DNA of 43,728 nucleotides from a virus (Duplodnaviria; Caudoviricetes): the IMG/VR virus record IMGVR_UViG_3300036987_000306, positions 1-43,728 of that record; one strand, given 5' to 3'. Positions 17,848 to 27,323 of the stretch are shown here, in pieces. The notes under the pieces were generated by a model. That model searched no databases. It saw only the letters and a list, made by a program, of their open reading frames with translations, and had not been told where the DNA came from. The stretch's first letter is position 1; the number at the start of each line of letters is the position of its first letter. The translations under genes were made by a program, and so were the position numbers.

Positions 17848-19260
17848 CTATCCCTCTTTTCTGTTTTTCAGCACGCGAATACGACCGGCGGCTTCCGCTA
17901 ACTTGAACGCGACATAACGCGCCTCGACCCCGAAAGCATCCCGGATATCCTGTTTTGTGGCAAAATCCTTCTTTGCCTGCTCTTCGACCGACAGCGTTAC
18001 GCCCGATTCGGTATCTCCGGCGCCGGGATTCTGCGCACCGGATTTCTGGAGCGCTGCGAGCATCTCGGCCTTGAGTTTATCTTCCGCGCTCGGTTCAACC
18101 TTTTTGGGATTGAGAGCATTGTAAGCCTTGAGCTGATCCCCGGTCATGCCGGATTCGATTGCAAGTTTAAATGCCGCTCCGGCCTCATCGCCGAACTGAG
18201 CAGACACCAGGCCGAGTATCCTGCCGACCTCGGCGCCTACCGCTTCTTTTGCCGCGGCTTCCGTAAGCCCTTTCACATCCACGCTTTTGGCCCCCTGATC
18301 CATCAGTTCTTTTGCCAGTTCAGGCAACTGAGCAATAAGTTCTGCTGAAGTGGAGGGCATCACAACTTTTTCTTTACCAAACATCGTGACTTGCTCCTTT
18401 CCAGAGGGCATCCCCCCTGTCTGTTTTTTGTTGTTATTATTAACTAAAGACAATGCCAGTTGATGTGCATCATCGATGGTACCGACATAATCGGCCAGCC
18501 CGGCATCTACCGCCTGCTGCCCTATAAATATGCGCCCATCCGCCATTTTATCCTGAACCTCTTCGGCGGATACGCCCCTGTTTCGTGCAACGGCATCCAC
18601 AAAAATACCGTAAATATAATCCAGCTCTTTCTGAAACGTCTCACGGGCAAGATCCGACAAAGGTTCTGCATCGTTTCCAAGCGCCTTGTATTTGCCTGCT
18701 GTGAGATATGTTGTTTTAATCCCGACCTTTTTATCGTACTCAGAAAAATCGGTATGAATCATGAGCACGCCGATGGAGCCGATATCCGCTGTTTTGTCCG
18801 AAACTACCGATTCGGCGGCGCTCCCGATCCAGTATGCCGCGCTTGCCATCATGCCGTTTGCGTAGGCAACTATGGGCTTTTGTCCCCGCGCCTCATATAT
18901 GGCCTCGGAAAGAGCATCCAGCCCGTTTACCGAGCCTCCGGGAGAATCGATATTGAGGAGTATTGACTTCACCTCCGGATCCGTGATTGCGGCCTGCATG
19001 ATCTCGGTAAGATCGGCAACGCTTGTTCCGCCAAAAAACCAGGAATAAACGGAGGAGTTTTTAGTGATCGTGCCCGATACCGGGATAACCGCAACGCCCG
19101 CGATGTTTTCATAACCGGCTGATTTCTCTTCCTCTTTAAAATTCAGCATAAAAGCATCAACATCCGCGGCTTTGATCTCGTTGAACTGACGAAACAAAAC
19201 ATCAAACCGTTCAGCCGGCATCGCCCACATTGATCCTTTCGCAAAATCTGTTATGTCCAT
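17848..19260 (-). CDS. S49 (SppA-like) head maturation protease with C-terminal scaffold
   Basis: IDSPGG, MASAAYW, GSIGV motifs; helical C-terminal scaffold region. Confidence 0.92.
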   Translation of the reverse strand: MDITDFAKGSMWAMPAERFDVLFRQFNEIKAADVDAFMLNFKEEEKSAGYENIAGVAVIPVSGTITKNSSVYSWFFGGTSVADLTEIMQAAITDPEVKSILLNIDSPGGSVNGLDALSEAIYEARGQKPIVAYANGMMASAAYWIGSAAESVVSDKTADIGSIGVLMIHTDFSEYDKKVGIKTTYLTAGKYKALGNDAEPLSDLARETFQKELDYIYGIFVDAVARNRGVSAEEVQDKMADGRIFIGQQAVDAGLADYVGTIDDAHQLALSLVNNNNKKQTGGMPSGKEQVTMFGKEKVVMPSTSAELIAQLPELAKELMDQGAKSVDVKGLTEAAAKEAVGAEVGRILGLVSAQFGDEAGAAFKLAIESGMTGDQLKAYNALNPKKVEPSAEDKLKAEMLAALQKSGAQNPGAGDTESGVTLSVEEQAKKDFATKQDIRDAFGVEARYVAFKLAEAAGRIRVLKNRKEG

Positions 19261-19278
19261 TGCTTTTTCTCCTAAACC

Positions 19279-20880
19279 CTAAACCCCAGACCCTAAACCC
19301 TCGCTCCCCCCAGTACCTTCTCCCGCATCTCCGACTTCCTGCTCCGTCAATCCCCGCTCCCGCATCATCTCCTGCTCTTCGGCAAGCTGATCGAAAGTTG
19401 TCCGGATATCCCCGCCTCTTTCGGCAATGGCTTCGGCCCTTGTTTTGAGATTCGCCTTGATTGCATCGACATCGGCTTTAACCGCCTGCACCGGCTCGAT
19501 ATCGCCCTTCGGAGCGCCGCGCCATTCGGCGTTTGTAAGCGGGTACATATGCGTATAAAAATCATTTACATTCAGATTGCCGCGCAAATACGCCTCTTCC
19601 ATCAGCATTGTGTAGATCGGCTGGCAGAATTGCTGGCCCAGCCATACGCGCCGCTGGGTATATACTCTCCAGGCATCCAGCATTGCGCTCCGGAATCCGG
19701 AGAAACTCAACCCCTGCGGATCTTTGAACAAAACCGCATATGGAATATTAAGCGCAAGGCTCATGGCCTTTTTGATGGTGGTGACAAACGGATCAAATGT
19801 AGCCCCAGGACGGTTCGCGGATATCGGATGAGGCTTTTCGTTCATTGAGCCGTACATGATCTGCCCCGGAACAAGTTCCTGATAACGCACTTTATTTGAG
19901 TTATCAGTGGTTTCACCGGACAAGCTCTGCATGTAGTTTGCCTGGGTATACGGGTCCATCCCTGGCGCTGTTTCGATAAAAAGCGAAAAGGCGGCTGTAA
20001 CTATATTGCTGACCAGCTCGGCATCGAGATAGTCGTTTAGATCCCGGAAGAATTTCATGGCAGGCGCAAAAAAAGGCATGCCCCGGTACTGATCCGCATC
20101 GTTTTGAGCAAACCCGTGCAGCACATTCCACCGGTGCCCCTGCTTTGCCGAGATACGCACAAAATCCCTGGAGACATACGAGCGCCCGGTTGCCTGGTCT
20201 GATTTCTCTATCCAGTATGCCACCGGCTCCCCGTATTCCCCGACCTCAACACCGTTTTTGATATTTGGATCGCTGTATTTATTAACAGGAGTTCCAAGCC
20301 GAAGCGGATTGATAACCTGGCAGGCAAGAGAATAAGGCCGCGACGGATCATTTTTTTGATCTATCATCGGAAGCAAAACGAGGTATTCCCCATATTGCAT
20401 GATCTGCCGCTGTACCAGGTATTGTATAGCCCCGAAGTTCATTCTCTGCCCGGCATCTGCAAAACCATGCCAGTGCGCATATACGGCCCGCTGCTCCGCC
20501 TGGATGCGCCGGATCTCTTCTTTATCGAGCTTGATTACATCCTGATTTAATGTTGGATGAGGAGTGAGGCCGGAGCCGACAATCGTAGTTGCAACGCCGT
20601 CAACAATACCGGCGGCATGAGGATCGTTGTTTACAAGATCGACCGATCTCTCGACTATGACGCTTCGCTCGGCGGACTCTTCATATTCGGATGAAAATCG
20701 TTTCGGGATCCAGTTTTTAAGCGACCCTGATTTTTTGGCGGCGGTTCGGCGATAGCCGTAAGATGTAGTGGGAACAAGCGGTTTGTTGTTCGGGCCGTAA
20801 AGCACCGGCTTGCCGACGGATGCGGCGATATAGTTTACCGCGGTTTCAAAGATTTCCTTCTTGCGGGCAACCTCTTTCAA
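19279..20880 (-). CDS. Portal protein, lambda family
   Basis: RS.DLV.N, I..GVE...YG.PVAYW, Q.RG.P.FAP, I.P..D motifs. Confidence 0.92.
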   Translation of the reverse strand: MKEVARKKEIFETAVNYIAASVGKPVLYGPNNKPLVPTTSYGYRRTAAKKSGSLKNWIPKRFSSEYEESAERSVIVERSVDLVNNDPHAAGIVDGVATTIVGSGLTPHPTLNQDVIKLDKEEIRRIQAEQRAVYAHWHGFADAGQRMNFGAIQYLVQRQIMQYGEYLVLLPMIDQKNDPSRPYSLACQVINPLRLGTPVNKYSDPNIKNGVEVGEYGEPVAYWIEKSDQATGRSYVSRDFVRISAKQGHRWNVLHGFAQNDADQYRGMPFFAPAMKFFRDLNDYLDAELVSNIVTAAFSLFIETAPGMDPYTQANYMQSLSGETTDNSNKVRYQELVPGQIMYGSMNEKPHPISANRPGATFDPFVTTIKKAMSLALNIPYAVLFKDPQGLSFSGFRSAMLDAWRVYTQRRVWLGQQFCQPIYTMLMEEAYLRGNLNVNDFYTHMYPLTNAEWRGAPKGDIEPVQAVKADVDAIKANLKTRAEAIAERGGDIRTTFDQLAEEQEMMRERGLTEQEVGDAGEGTGGSEGLGSGV

Positions 20881-21095
20881 TCTTCCCTCCTCAGAGTTCC
20901 GATGTTGATTGCCGAGCCAGGCGTGCCGGTCTCCCGATGATACCGGGTAAGCAGATAAGATTCCCGCTCGGATAATTCCTTGAGATTAGCCTTGCTTACA
21001 CTCCGCCCGCCAATGGAATAAGATTGCCCCGACATCACGGCGGAAATAGCGGATTGCACTTCTTCGATCTGTTCAAGAGTAGTTTTTATTGCCAC
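20877..21095 (-). CDS. Head-to-tail joining protein (gpW-like)
   Basis: GQSYSIGGRS..KANL..L; directly upstream of the portal. Confidence 0.8.
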   Translation of the reverse strand: MAIKTTLEQIEEVQSAISAVMSGQSYSIGGRSVSKANLKELSERESYLLTRYHRETGTPGSAINIGTLRRED

Positions 21096-21212
21096 ATTAA
21101 AAGCTCCCGTTCCTGGTCTCTGGTTCCTGGTTTCTGGTTTTCACCCGAACCCTTGAATCCTTGAACCCTTTTTTAATGTGCTTTTTATAACATTGGTTTT
21201 TTGGCAAAAACG

Positions 21213-21272
21213 CAGAATGAGGGTTTTTGATAACAGAATGCATGTTATTCACAACAGAATGCATGTTATTCA
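21213..21272. promoter_or_regulatory. 21-bp-period direct repeats upstream of the head operon
   Basis: AACAGAATGCATGTTATTCA at 21232-21251 and 21253-21272; partial CAGAATG at 21213. Confidence 0.7.
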
Positions 21273-21440
21273 TATTGACATGGAAAAAACAGGGATCAGG
21301 GGATTGGGTTTAGGGTATAGAAAAAGGCATAAAAAAAACCACTTTCCCGGCATCAGGAAAATGGTTCTTTTAATCAAAAAATCGACTCTCTGTAATCGCG
21401 TATAAACGACGATTTCTATTAAGGTAGGGGTAAAGCCTGG

Positions 21441-21656
21441 CTATTCTGCTGACTCATCTATCTCTTTTGCCCGGATAAGTGTTGCCCGCTTAAAATACTC
21501 TTTTATATTGTCGGTATGGGCGTACCATTTGCCATCGATCACGGTTGCAGGCAAACCTTTTTCAACAAGCTTTTTAAATGTGTTTGTTGTAACGCCGAGG
21601 TAATCGGTTATCTCTGCCAGCCCGATCAAAATCTCCTGGTTTTTCGCCATCCGCAT
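21441..21656 (-). CDS. Small HTH (excisionase/MerR-like) DNA-binding protein
   Basis: L.G..EI..YLGV...T...L...GLP.....GKW pattern. Confidence 0.75.
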   Translation of the reverse strand: MRMAKNQEILIGLAEITDYLGVTTNTFKKLVEKGLPATVIDGKWYAHTDNIKEYFKRATLIRAKEIDESAE

Positions 21657-21682
21657 CCTTCCTATACCCTTACCCCTAAACC

Positions 21683-23650
21683 CTATCTGTTACTCATCCA
21701 CCCTGGCCTTTCCACCCCGGCGCCGGAGCCCTGCCCTTTGTATTCCAGCTCCTGTACCCTGGCCCCTTGACCCTCAACCCTTTCTTTCCCCCGAAACTTC
21801 AACCCGATCAGATCCGCCGCCGCGAGACCGTATCCGCTGATATCCCAGGCATGGTTCGCCGCGCCCGACTTACACTCCCACAAGCCTTTATCGTTTACAA
21901 ATTCTGAGACCATCATAAGCGCCCAATCTGCCGACATTTCGGAATGCATGTGCCAGGAGCCGGGATCAGCCGGATTGATTTCTAGTTTCGCGGCAAGCAG
22001 ATCCTTGTAATAATTCGTGTTGATCCGGAGAAGCTGTATGCCTCCGGGAATTGGTTTGTTTGTGCCCGGATATGTATCTATTTTGGTATATGCATGCGGC
22101 TGCTTCATCCGCTCCTCACCCTTGATAGGAATCGCCCGGCCCCGGTTTTTCCGGCACCAATCATAAACCTCCGCCGTGCGGTGTCCCATTGCATCTATCA
22201 GGGTAATATATACCAGGTACATTTTCCCGCCCGCATCTTTGTACTCATCTTTCCACAATATCTGCTCGAGCGCCGCGAACGTATCCGCAAAACCCTCCCG
22301 GATCTGCCAGCTCTCCTGCTCAAACCCATACCCCCAGGCGCGGATCTCGAAGAAAAATCCGTTATCCTGAGTATCCACCGCCGCTGTGATCCCGGATACA
22401 AGATCGCCGGCGGGCACGAGACCCCTGGGCCGGGAATCCTTAAGCTTCAAAATATAATCCTCTTTCCGCTCCCCGGTGTATTGCCGCCACGGTTCGGCAG
22501 CATGCTTATTGAAAAAGTCTTTTAATTTCGTTTTATCCCGCTGTGCCCGGAACCAGTCCGCCATGACCTTTGACAGGCTGACAAAAGGCGATATCCAGGA
22601 AGGAAGGTGAAACCCGATCTTTTTCGGCTTGTATGTTTGCAGATATATATCCAGGCTGATGGACATGCGCCCCGAATCATCCGGAACACGCTCCCGCCAG
22701 CTGCCCATTTTTACAGCCTGATTTCTCTGATGATCGTCCCATTTTGCGACGCAATGAGCGCAACTGTACCAAGCGAGCGTTTTTGTTTCGATCTGGTTTG
22801 CATTGTGGTTATCTTCCGGCACACGGATCCTCTCGAGTTGCATTTTCTGATCACGCCCGCACGCCGGGCACCTGACCCAGTAATCGAATATGACCTGCGC
22901 TTCATTAACAAACGCCTGCCAGATGAAATTGCCTTCCGTTGTCGGTGTTGATATTTTAAATATTTTCTTTGTGTTATCATAAGTTATAGCCCTTGCTTCG
23001 CCAAGCGATATAGGATCTGTCTCTTTTGGGCCGGCGGTTTCCGGATATTTATCTGTTTCGTCGAAAATAACATACCGTATCGGCTTATTAGACAATCTCG
23101 ATGCCGATCTCGCCCAGGCAATATATATCGGCATGTGAGCAAGCTTCATGCGGAGCAAGCCCTTATCATCTTCCACGCCGGATAGATACGACCGCAAGCG
23201 CGGGGAAGATTCGATCATCGGCTGTATTCGGTCCCGCATATTTTCTCGCCCGACAAGCTCATCCGGATAAACATAGAGCACCGGCCCCGGCGCCATATCG
23301 ATACAATACCCCACGAAATTATGAACGCATTCCGATCCGCCTGTCTGAGGACTCTTGCAAAGAATGACGGTTTGAACGGAGGAGAATCCGGCTGCATCCA
23401 TGATGCCGATAAGGTGAGGAGTGCGCTCGTTTTTCCACGGCCCCGGCATAGAGGACATGGTAAGCACCCTGTTGCGCTCCGCCCACTCCGACACCGGAAT
23501 ATGCTTCCGGCGTTTAAAGATTTTGCACTCGGAGCGGACAAGAGAAAAAGAACAGGTATAAGGCTCAATCTGTAAGGACTTAAGCCTTAGGAATAAACTC
23601 CCCGCCCATGGCGCCCTATCGCAATCATAGACTATCTGAGATGTTTGCAT
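21683..23650 (-). CDS. Terminase large subunit (lambda gpA family)
   Basis: SEWAE, Walker A KSPQTGGSE, Walker B YVIFDE, ISTPT, CxxC pairs, VD.Q and N...D nuclease residues. Confidence 0.95.
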   Translation of the reverse strand: MQTSQIVYDCDRAPWAGSLFLRLKSLQIEPYTCSFSLVRSECKIFKRRKHIPVSEWAERNRVLTMSSMPGPWKNERTPHLIGIMDAAGFSSVQTVILCKSPQTGGSECVHNFVGYCIDMAPGPVLYVYPDELVGRENMRDRIQPMIESSPRLRSYLSGVEDDKGLLRMKLAHMPIYIAWARSASRLSNKPIRYVIFDETDKYPETAGPKETDPISLGEARAITYDNTKKIFKISTPTTEGNFIWQAFVNEAQVIFDYWVRCPACGRDQKMQLERIRVPEDNHNANQIETKTLAWYSCAHCVAKWDDHQRNQAVKMGSWRERVPDDSGRMSISLDIYLQTYKPKKIGFHLPSWISPFVSLSKVMADWFRAQRDKTKLKDFFNKHAAEPWRQYTGERKEDYILKLKDSRPRGLVPAGDLVSGITAAVDTQDNGFFFEIRAWGYGFEQESWQIREGFADTFAALEQILWKDEYKDAGGKMYLVYITLIDAMGHRTAEVYDWCRKNRGRAIPIKGEERMKQPHAYTKIDTYPGTNKPIPGGIQLLRINTNYYKDLLAAKLEINPADPGSWHMHSEMSADWALMMVSEFVNDKGLWECKSGAANHAWDISGYGLAAADLIGLKFRGKERVEGQGARVQELEYKGQGSGAGVERPGWMSNR

Positions 23651-23653
23651 TGG

Positions 23654-23992
23654 TTATTTATTAAAATCTATCAGCTCTGGATTAGGTTCGTTTGGTTGTT
23701 TTCCCTTAAGCGAATTCCTCTCAAGAAGCCATTGGGCGCCTTTCGACCCACCTTCCGCATTAATTTTCATCAACTGAATTACCTCAAATTGGGCTTTGGC
23801 TTTATTAATATCATTTAAAAATTCTCCCCAAACAGCAGAACACGGCGGTGTTAAAAGCTTAATCAAGACAACCACCTCTGGCCCCTTATAGCCCGCTGCC
23901 AAAGCAGCCGTCTCTAACGAAGCCCCCGATCTAATATATCCACATATTTCCGTAACAATATCAGACGTTATAGCTATAGTTTCTTTTTCCAT
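23654..23992 (-). CDS. Second small-terminase-like protein
   Basis: I...IR.G.....AA..AG ... EF...I.KA.A..E ... A.WLLER pattern recalled from one TerS family. Confidence 0.5.
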   Translation of the reverse strand: MEKETIAITSDIVTEICGYIRSGASLETAALAAGYKGPEVVVLIKLLTPPCSAVWGEFLNDINKAKAQFEVIQLMKINAEGGSKGAQWLLERNSLKGKQPNEPNPELIDFNK

Positions 23993-24201
23993 TTAAATTT
24001 ATTCCCATGGATTAGATTGTGGCAGTGATCGCATAAACAAATACCGTTTGAAGGATCAAGCGCAAATTGAGGGAAAGTCCTACACGGCATAACATGATGC
24101 GAATGAAGATTTTTTGTATTATTACACATTTTACACTTGAAGCCCGCCCGCTCTTTAACATTATAAACCCACGCCCTATATTCAGGAGCATTACGATTCA
24201 T
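23974..24201 (-). CDS. HNH endonuclease
   Basis: CxxC, HH, N, LCxxCH...H. Confidence 0.85.
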   Translation of the reverse strand: MNRNAPEYRAWVYNVKERAGFKCKMCNNTKNLHSHHVMPCRTFPQFALDPSNGICLCDHCHNLIHGNKFKWKKKL

Positions 24202-24665
24202 CCTAAAGCCAGCCCGACAGGGAAAGAGCCCTTCTTGGCAATTGCCTCACAACTCACACGCATAGTATGACCGGTTGTATAAATATCATCTAAGATCAAA
24301 ATAAATTTTTCAGAAGGACACTCTATATCCTGAACTGTTTTTAAACATGACCCAAAGGTTGACATTTTTAATTTGCCAGATTTATTAGGAAACAATATCG
24401 CTACCTCCACGCCAGCTAACGGCCCTATGATCAAAGCAATATTCCAGATAGGATAATTCTCATACGTATGAAAGCTTGGAGCAGGAACTGTTAATATATC
24501 AAACCCACAAAAATACTCAGCAACAACAGTTTCCAAACGAAGGAATATATCTCCAGGAAGAGGTTTAGTTACATGACGCGAAGCCTTCTTCCATTCAATC
24601 AAAATATCATGGTTTTTTTGATCTAAAATAAATGAACAATATTTTCTATTTCTGAATGAGATCAT
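24198..24665 (-). CDS. Type I phosphoribosyltransferase (ComF-like PRTase)
   Basis: PRPP-binding loop ILILDDIYTTGHT. Confidence 0.8.
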   Translation of the reverse strand: MISFRNRKYCSFILDQKNHDILIEWKKASRHVTKPLPGDIFLRLETVVAEYFCGFDILTVPAPSFHTYENYPIWNIALIIGPLAGVEVAILFPNKSGKLKMSTFGSCLKTVQDIECPSEKFILILDDIYTTGHTMRVSCEAIAKKGSFPVGLALG

Positions 24666-24834
24666 ATTTATATACCCAATAATTTTTCATTGCGATCGCA
24701 ATCCCAAGGTGCCTGGGCAAGCAATCGAACTGTGAACATTCATAAAACTTACGGCGCTCTTTTTCAAACTCAAGGGACGGCATATCTTGATCTTTCTCAT
24801 CTCTTTCAAGGGTTGGCATTAAAAATTTATCCAC
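24646..24834 (-). CDS. Small hypothetical protein
   Basis: Overlaps the PRTase start; same AT-rich insert. Confidence 0.4.
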   Translation of the reverse strand: MDKFLMPTLERDEKDQDMPSLEFEKERRKFYECSQFDCLPRHLGIAIAMKNYWVYKYDLIQK

Positions 24835-24888
24835 AAAATCCTCATTATTATCTTGACTTTATAATCAAAAGAAGCATATATTACTACC

Positions 24889-25257
24889 ATGAAATATGGA
24901 ATCATAGGATCTCGAAAAAGATCTGATAAACAGAATATTGTTGATCTAATAAATTCCCTTAACACTTCCGACGTGGTTATTTCGGGCGGATGTGAAGGCC
25001 CCGACTTATGGGCCGAGGAAGCAGCACGCGCCAAAGGAATTAATACAAAAATATTTCTCCCCGATCTACAAATTGACAAAAAATCACCCCGTTATAAATA
25101 TAAAAAAATAGACGCTTATTATGCCCGAAATCGATTAATTGCAGAGAACTCTGATATTATTCATGCATTTGTTGCCCCAGAACGCAAAGGCGGAACTGAA
25201 TATACAATTAAATATGCTCATAAAATCGGCATTCCTGTTATTATTCATAATCCATAA
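24889..25257 (+). CDS. SLOG family (YspA/DprA-like Rossmann) protein
   Basis: GIIGSR, ISGGCEGPD..AE, RN..I...SD, GGT..TI..A...G.P motifs. Confidence 0.85.
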   Translation: MKYGIIGSRKRSDKQNIVDLINSLNTSDVVISGGCEGPDLWAEEAARAKGINTKIFLPDLQIDKKSPRYKYKKIDAYYARNRLIAENSDIIHAFVAPERKGGTEYTIKYAHKIGIPVIIHNP

Positions 25258-25260
25258 CCC

Positions 25261-25437
25261 TTAATCCAGCCTTGTTTTACAATTCATGTGTGATTCAGCA
25301 AATGCTTCCGCCTGTTTTAAAACATCAGATATTGGCGCCGGCAAATGAAGCTCTCTGGGCTCCCCGCACATTGAGCAAATAAAAAGCGGCGGCTTTACAT
25401 CATATTTTATGAATATCCACTTCGGTATTTTCTTCAT
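25261..25437 (-). CDS. 58-aa putative Zn-binding protein MKKIPKWIFIKYDVKPPLFICSMCGE... (below ORF-track cutoff)
   Basis: Open frame overlapping the TerS 3' end; CxxC...HxxC. Confidence 0.5.
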   Translation of the reverse strand: MKKIPKWIFIKYDVKPPLFICSMCGEPRELHLPAPISDVLKQAEAFAESHMNCKTRLD

Positions 25438-26185
25438 TCACTCGACCCCTCGAACCTTGCTTTTCAACAAAAATTACCTGAAACCTCTCTGTGCTCGCGT
25501 AATCATTCAGCACCGCCCCGATCTCAGCCGTAACCATCGCTGCCATATCCGCTGATTTCGTGTAATCGCCGCGACATATGGCTATCCATTCATAAGCCTT
25601 TGTTGACGCCATCTGACGGAGGGATGTTTCGAGCACCGCTGCTCGAGCGGCCAACTCCATCTCAAAATCGCTTTTTAACAGATATTTCCCGGACTCTTTC
25701 TCCCGATCCCATGCCAGCTTCGCATTCTGCTCATCTAGCTTCTTGATCTCCTTTTCAAGTTTCTCCTTTTGGAGATCCTCTATAACCTTATTGCCGCCCG
25801 CTTTTTGCTTCAGCGACAGATACGCCCGCTTGTATAATTCAACGTCAGAAAGAAAAACCGAACCATCCGGCTGTACCCGAAGAAGCCCTTTATCTGCATC
25901 TTTATACAACTTCGATTTACTGACCTTGAGGCCATCTTCTTTAATGCTCATATACACTGCATATTTATTGCTGAACGCCGGCCGTTCCGCACTCGCCGAC
26001 TTCACCTGAGAAACAAAATCAACAAGAGCAGTTTCCGCAAGCTGCCAGTTTTTGAGGTTTGCCGCCGAAGGATCCTTCTGGTAAGCCTGAGAACAGAGCA
26101 CTTCACCATTAAACAGCAGTATCGCCTTTTTCTTTATTTCCGGCGATTTATCCTCAATTATACTTTCAAGATCTTCTTTATTCAT
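25400..26185 (-). CDS. Terminase small subunit (Nu1-like)
   Basis: Winged-HTH-like middle region, coiled coil ending ..ESGKYL..; upstream of gpA. Confidence 0.65.
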   Translation of the reverse strand: MNKEDLESIIEDKSPEIKKKAILLFNGEVLCSQAYQKDPSAANLKNWQLAETALVDFVSQVKSASAERPAFSNKYAVYMSIKEDGLKVSKSKLYKDADKGLLRVQPDGSVFLSDVELYKRAYLSLKQKAGGNKVIEDLQKEKLEKEIKKLDEQNAKLAWDREKESGKYLLKSDFEMELAARAAVLETSLRQMASTKAYEWIAICRGDYTKSADMAAMVTAEIGAVLNDYASTERFQVIFVEKQGSRGRVNEENTEVDIHKI

Positions 26186-26848
26186 TTAAACCTTGTTATC
26201 TGCACCTTCAGCCTCAGCATGGATGTTCTGCAATATCCACATGATTTGTTGATCCGGCCTGCGGCGATGAACTTCGGCCGAATTATTCAACCATTCCAGT
26301 ATTTTTAAATCCAGCCTGGTTTTAAACTCAAGCAACATCGTTCCCCAAGCCTCGACTTCCGGAAATTTGTATGGAACAGGTGTTGGTTTCTTTTTAACGG
26401 CTTCTGGTTCCTGGCTTTCGGTTACTTTTCCAACTCTACCTTCCGCCTCTCGCCTCATGCCTTTTGCCTTCTTGGCTATCGGCTTATACAACACACCATC
26501 CTCAACCCTCTTTTTTGCAGCCGCAAGAGCTATCTCCTTGCCATTCGCAGGAGCTTCCCTCCAAAACCTATCGCACAAACCGCACAAACCACGCGCCGGT
26601 AATGACATGTTTTCGCGCCCGCAATTCCAGCAGGTACCTTTAACTCCCATAACAACCCCCTTAATTTTCGGTTTACAATATTCGATGTCCGGCTCCTGCG
26701 CCCCAAGCCGCTTATCCACTAAAAGCGAATATTCTGCCCGGGCATCGCACCGCAAACACCTTTCATGATTCTTGTCTTCATCAATGAGATCACAGCCGAA
26801 ACACGGGCTCCTGAACTCCGACGACGTAACACGGCTGAATGACAGCAT
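26186..26848 (-). CDS. Cys-rich hypothetical protein (two putative Zn sites, possible C-terminal RHH)
   Basis: Four CxxC motifs; RRPDQQIMWIL tail. Confidence 0.5.
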   Translation of the reverse strand: MLSFSRVTSSEFRSPCFGCDLIDEDKNHERCLRCDARAEYSLLVDKRLGAQEPDIEYCKPKIKGVVMGVKGTCWNCGRENMSLPARGLCGLCDRFWREAPANGKEIALAAAKKRVEDGVLYKPIAKKAKGMRREAEGRVGKVTESQEPEAVKKKPTPVPYKFPEVEAWGTMLLEFKTRLDLKILEWLNNSAEVHRRRPDQQIMWILQNIHAEAEGADNKV

Positions 26849-27030
26849 TAATTATAATCCACCTTTGCATATATCTTTTTCGTTTTATCCAGGCAGCAGC
26901 GCTTGAACTTTTTTCCGGACCCGCAGATGCACGGCTCGTTTCTTCCGGTTCGGATCTTGCGGATAAAGGTGATGCCTTTGCGTTTCTTCGGTTTAGGCGC
27001 ATCCTGAACCGGTTTTTCATCGTAGCTCAT
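26848..27030 (-). CDS. SEC-C motif protein
   Basis: GRNEPCICGSGKKFKRCC. Confidence 0.85.
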   Translation of the reverse strand: MSYDEKPVQDAPKPKKRKGITFIRKIRTGRNEPCICGSGKKFKRCCLDKTKKIYAKVDYN

Positions 27031-27323
27031 TTAATATCCTGCCCCTCCGTAAGCTCTATAAGATGCTGTAATTTGCCGTTTATATTAGCCTGAACAAAAA
27101 AATCCCCGCCGAACATTTTGGACATCTGAAGCATCATGACAATGACATCAGCAACCTCCTCGCCAACCTGCTCGGCGGACGCCCTTCCGCGCCGGTATTT
27201 ATTGAGCGCCGAGAGCAGCTCCCCGCACTCCTCCATAACCATGCCGATCTGTGATTCAGCGCCAAATAATACAGGAGCGGCCGTCAGGGCGTCATCCTCT
27301 TCCTTTGATTTTACAATCTTCAT
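27027..27323 (-). CDS. MazG-like NTP pyrophosphohydrolase
   Basis: EECGEL...EEVADV motif. Confidence 0.75.
   Translation of the reverse strand: MKIVKSKEEDDALTAAPVLFGAESQIGMVMEECGELLSALNKYRRGRASAEQVGEEVADVIVMMLQMSKMFGGDFFVQANINGKLQHLIELTEGQDIK

Noticed and set aside
21232-21272. Direct repeats as a mini-CRISPR
   Set aside because: Two 20-bp copies separated by 1 bp, no spacers, no cas genes.
21178-21405. 75-aa plus-strand ORF with NRMHVIH repeats
   Set aside because: Merely the translation of the 21-bp regulatory repeats; no RBS.
23650-25400. Intron or intein interrupting the terminase
   Set aside because: TerL is continuous with all motifs, and the insert lies between genes.
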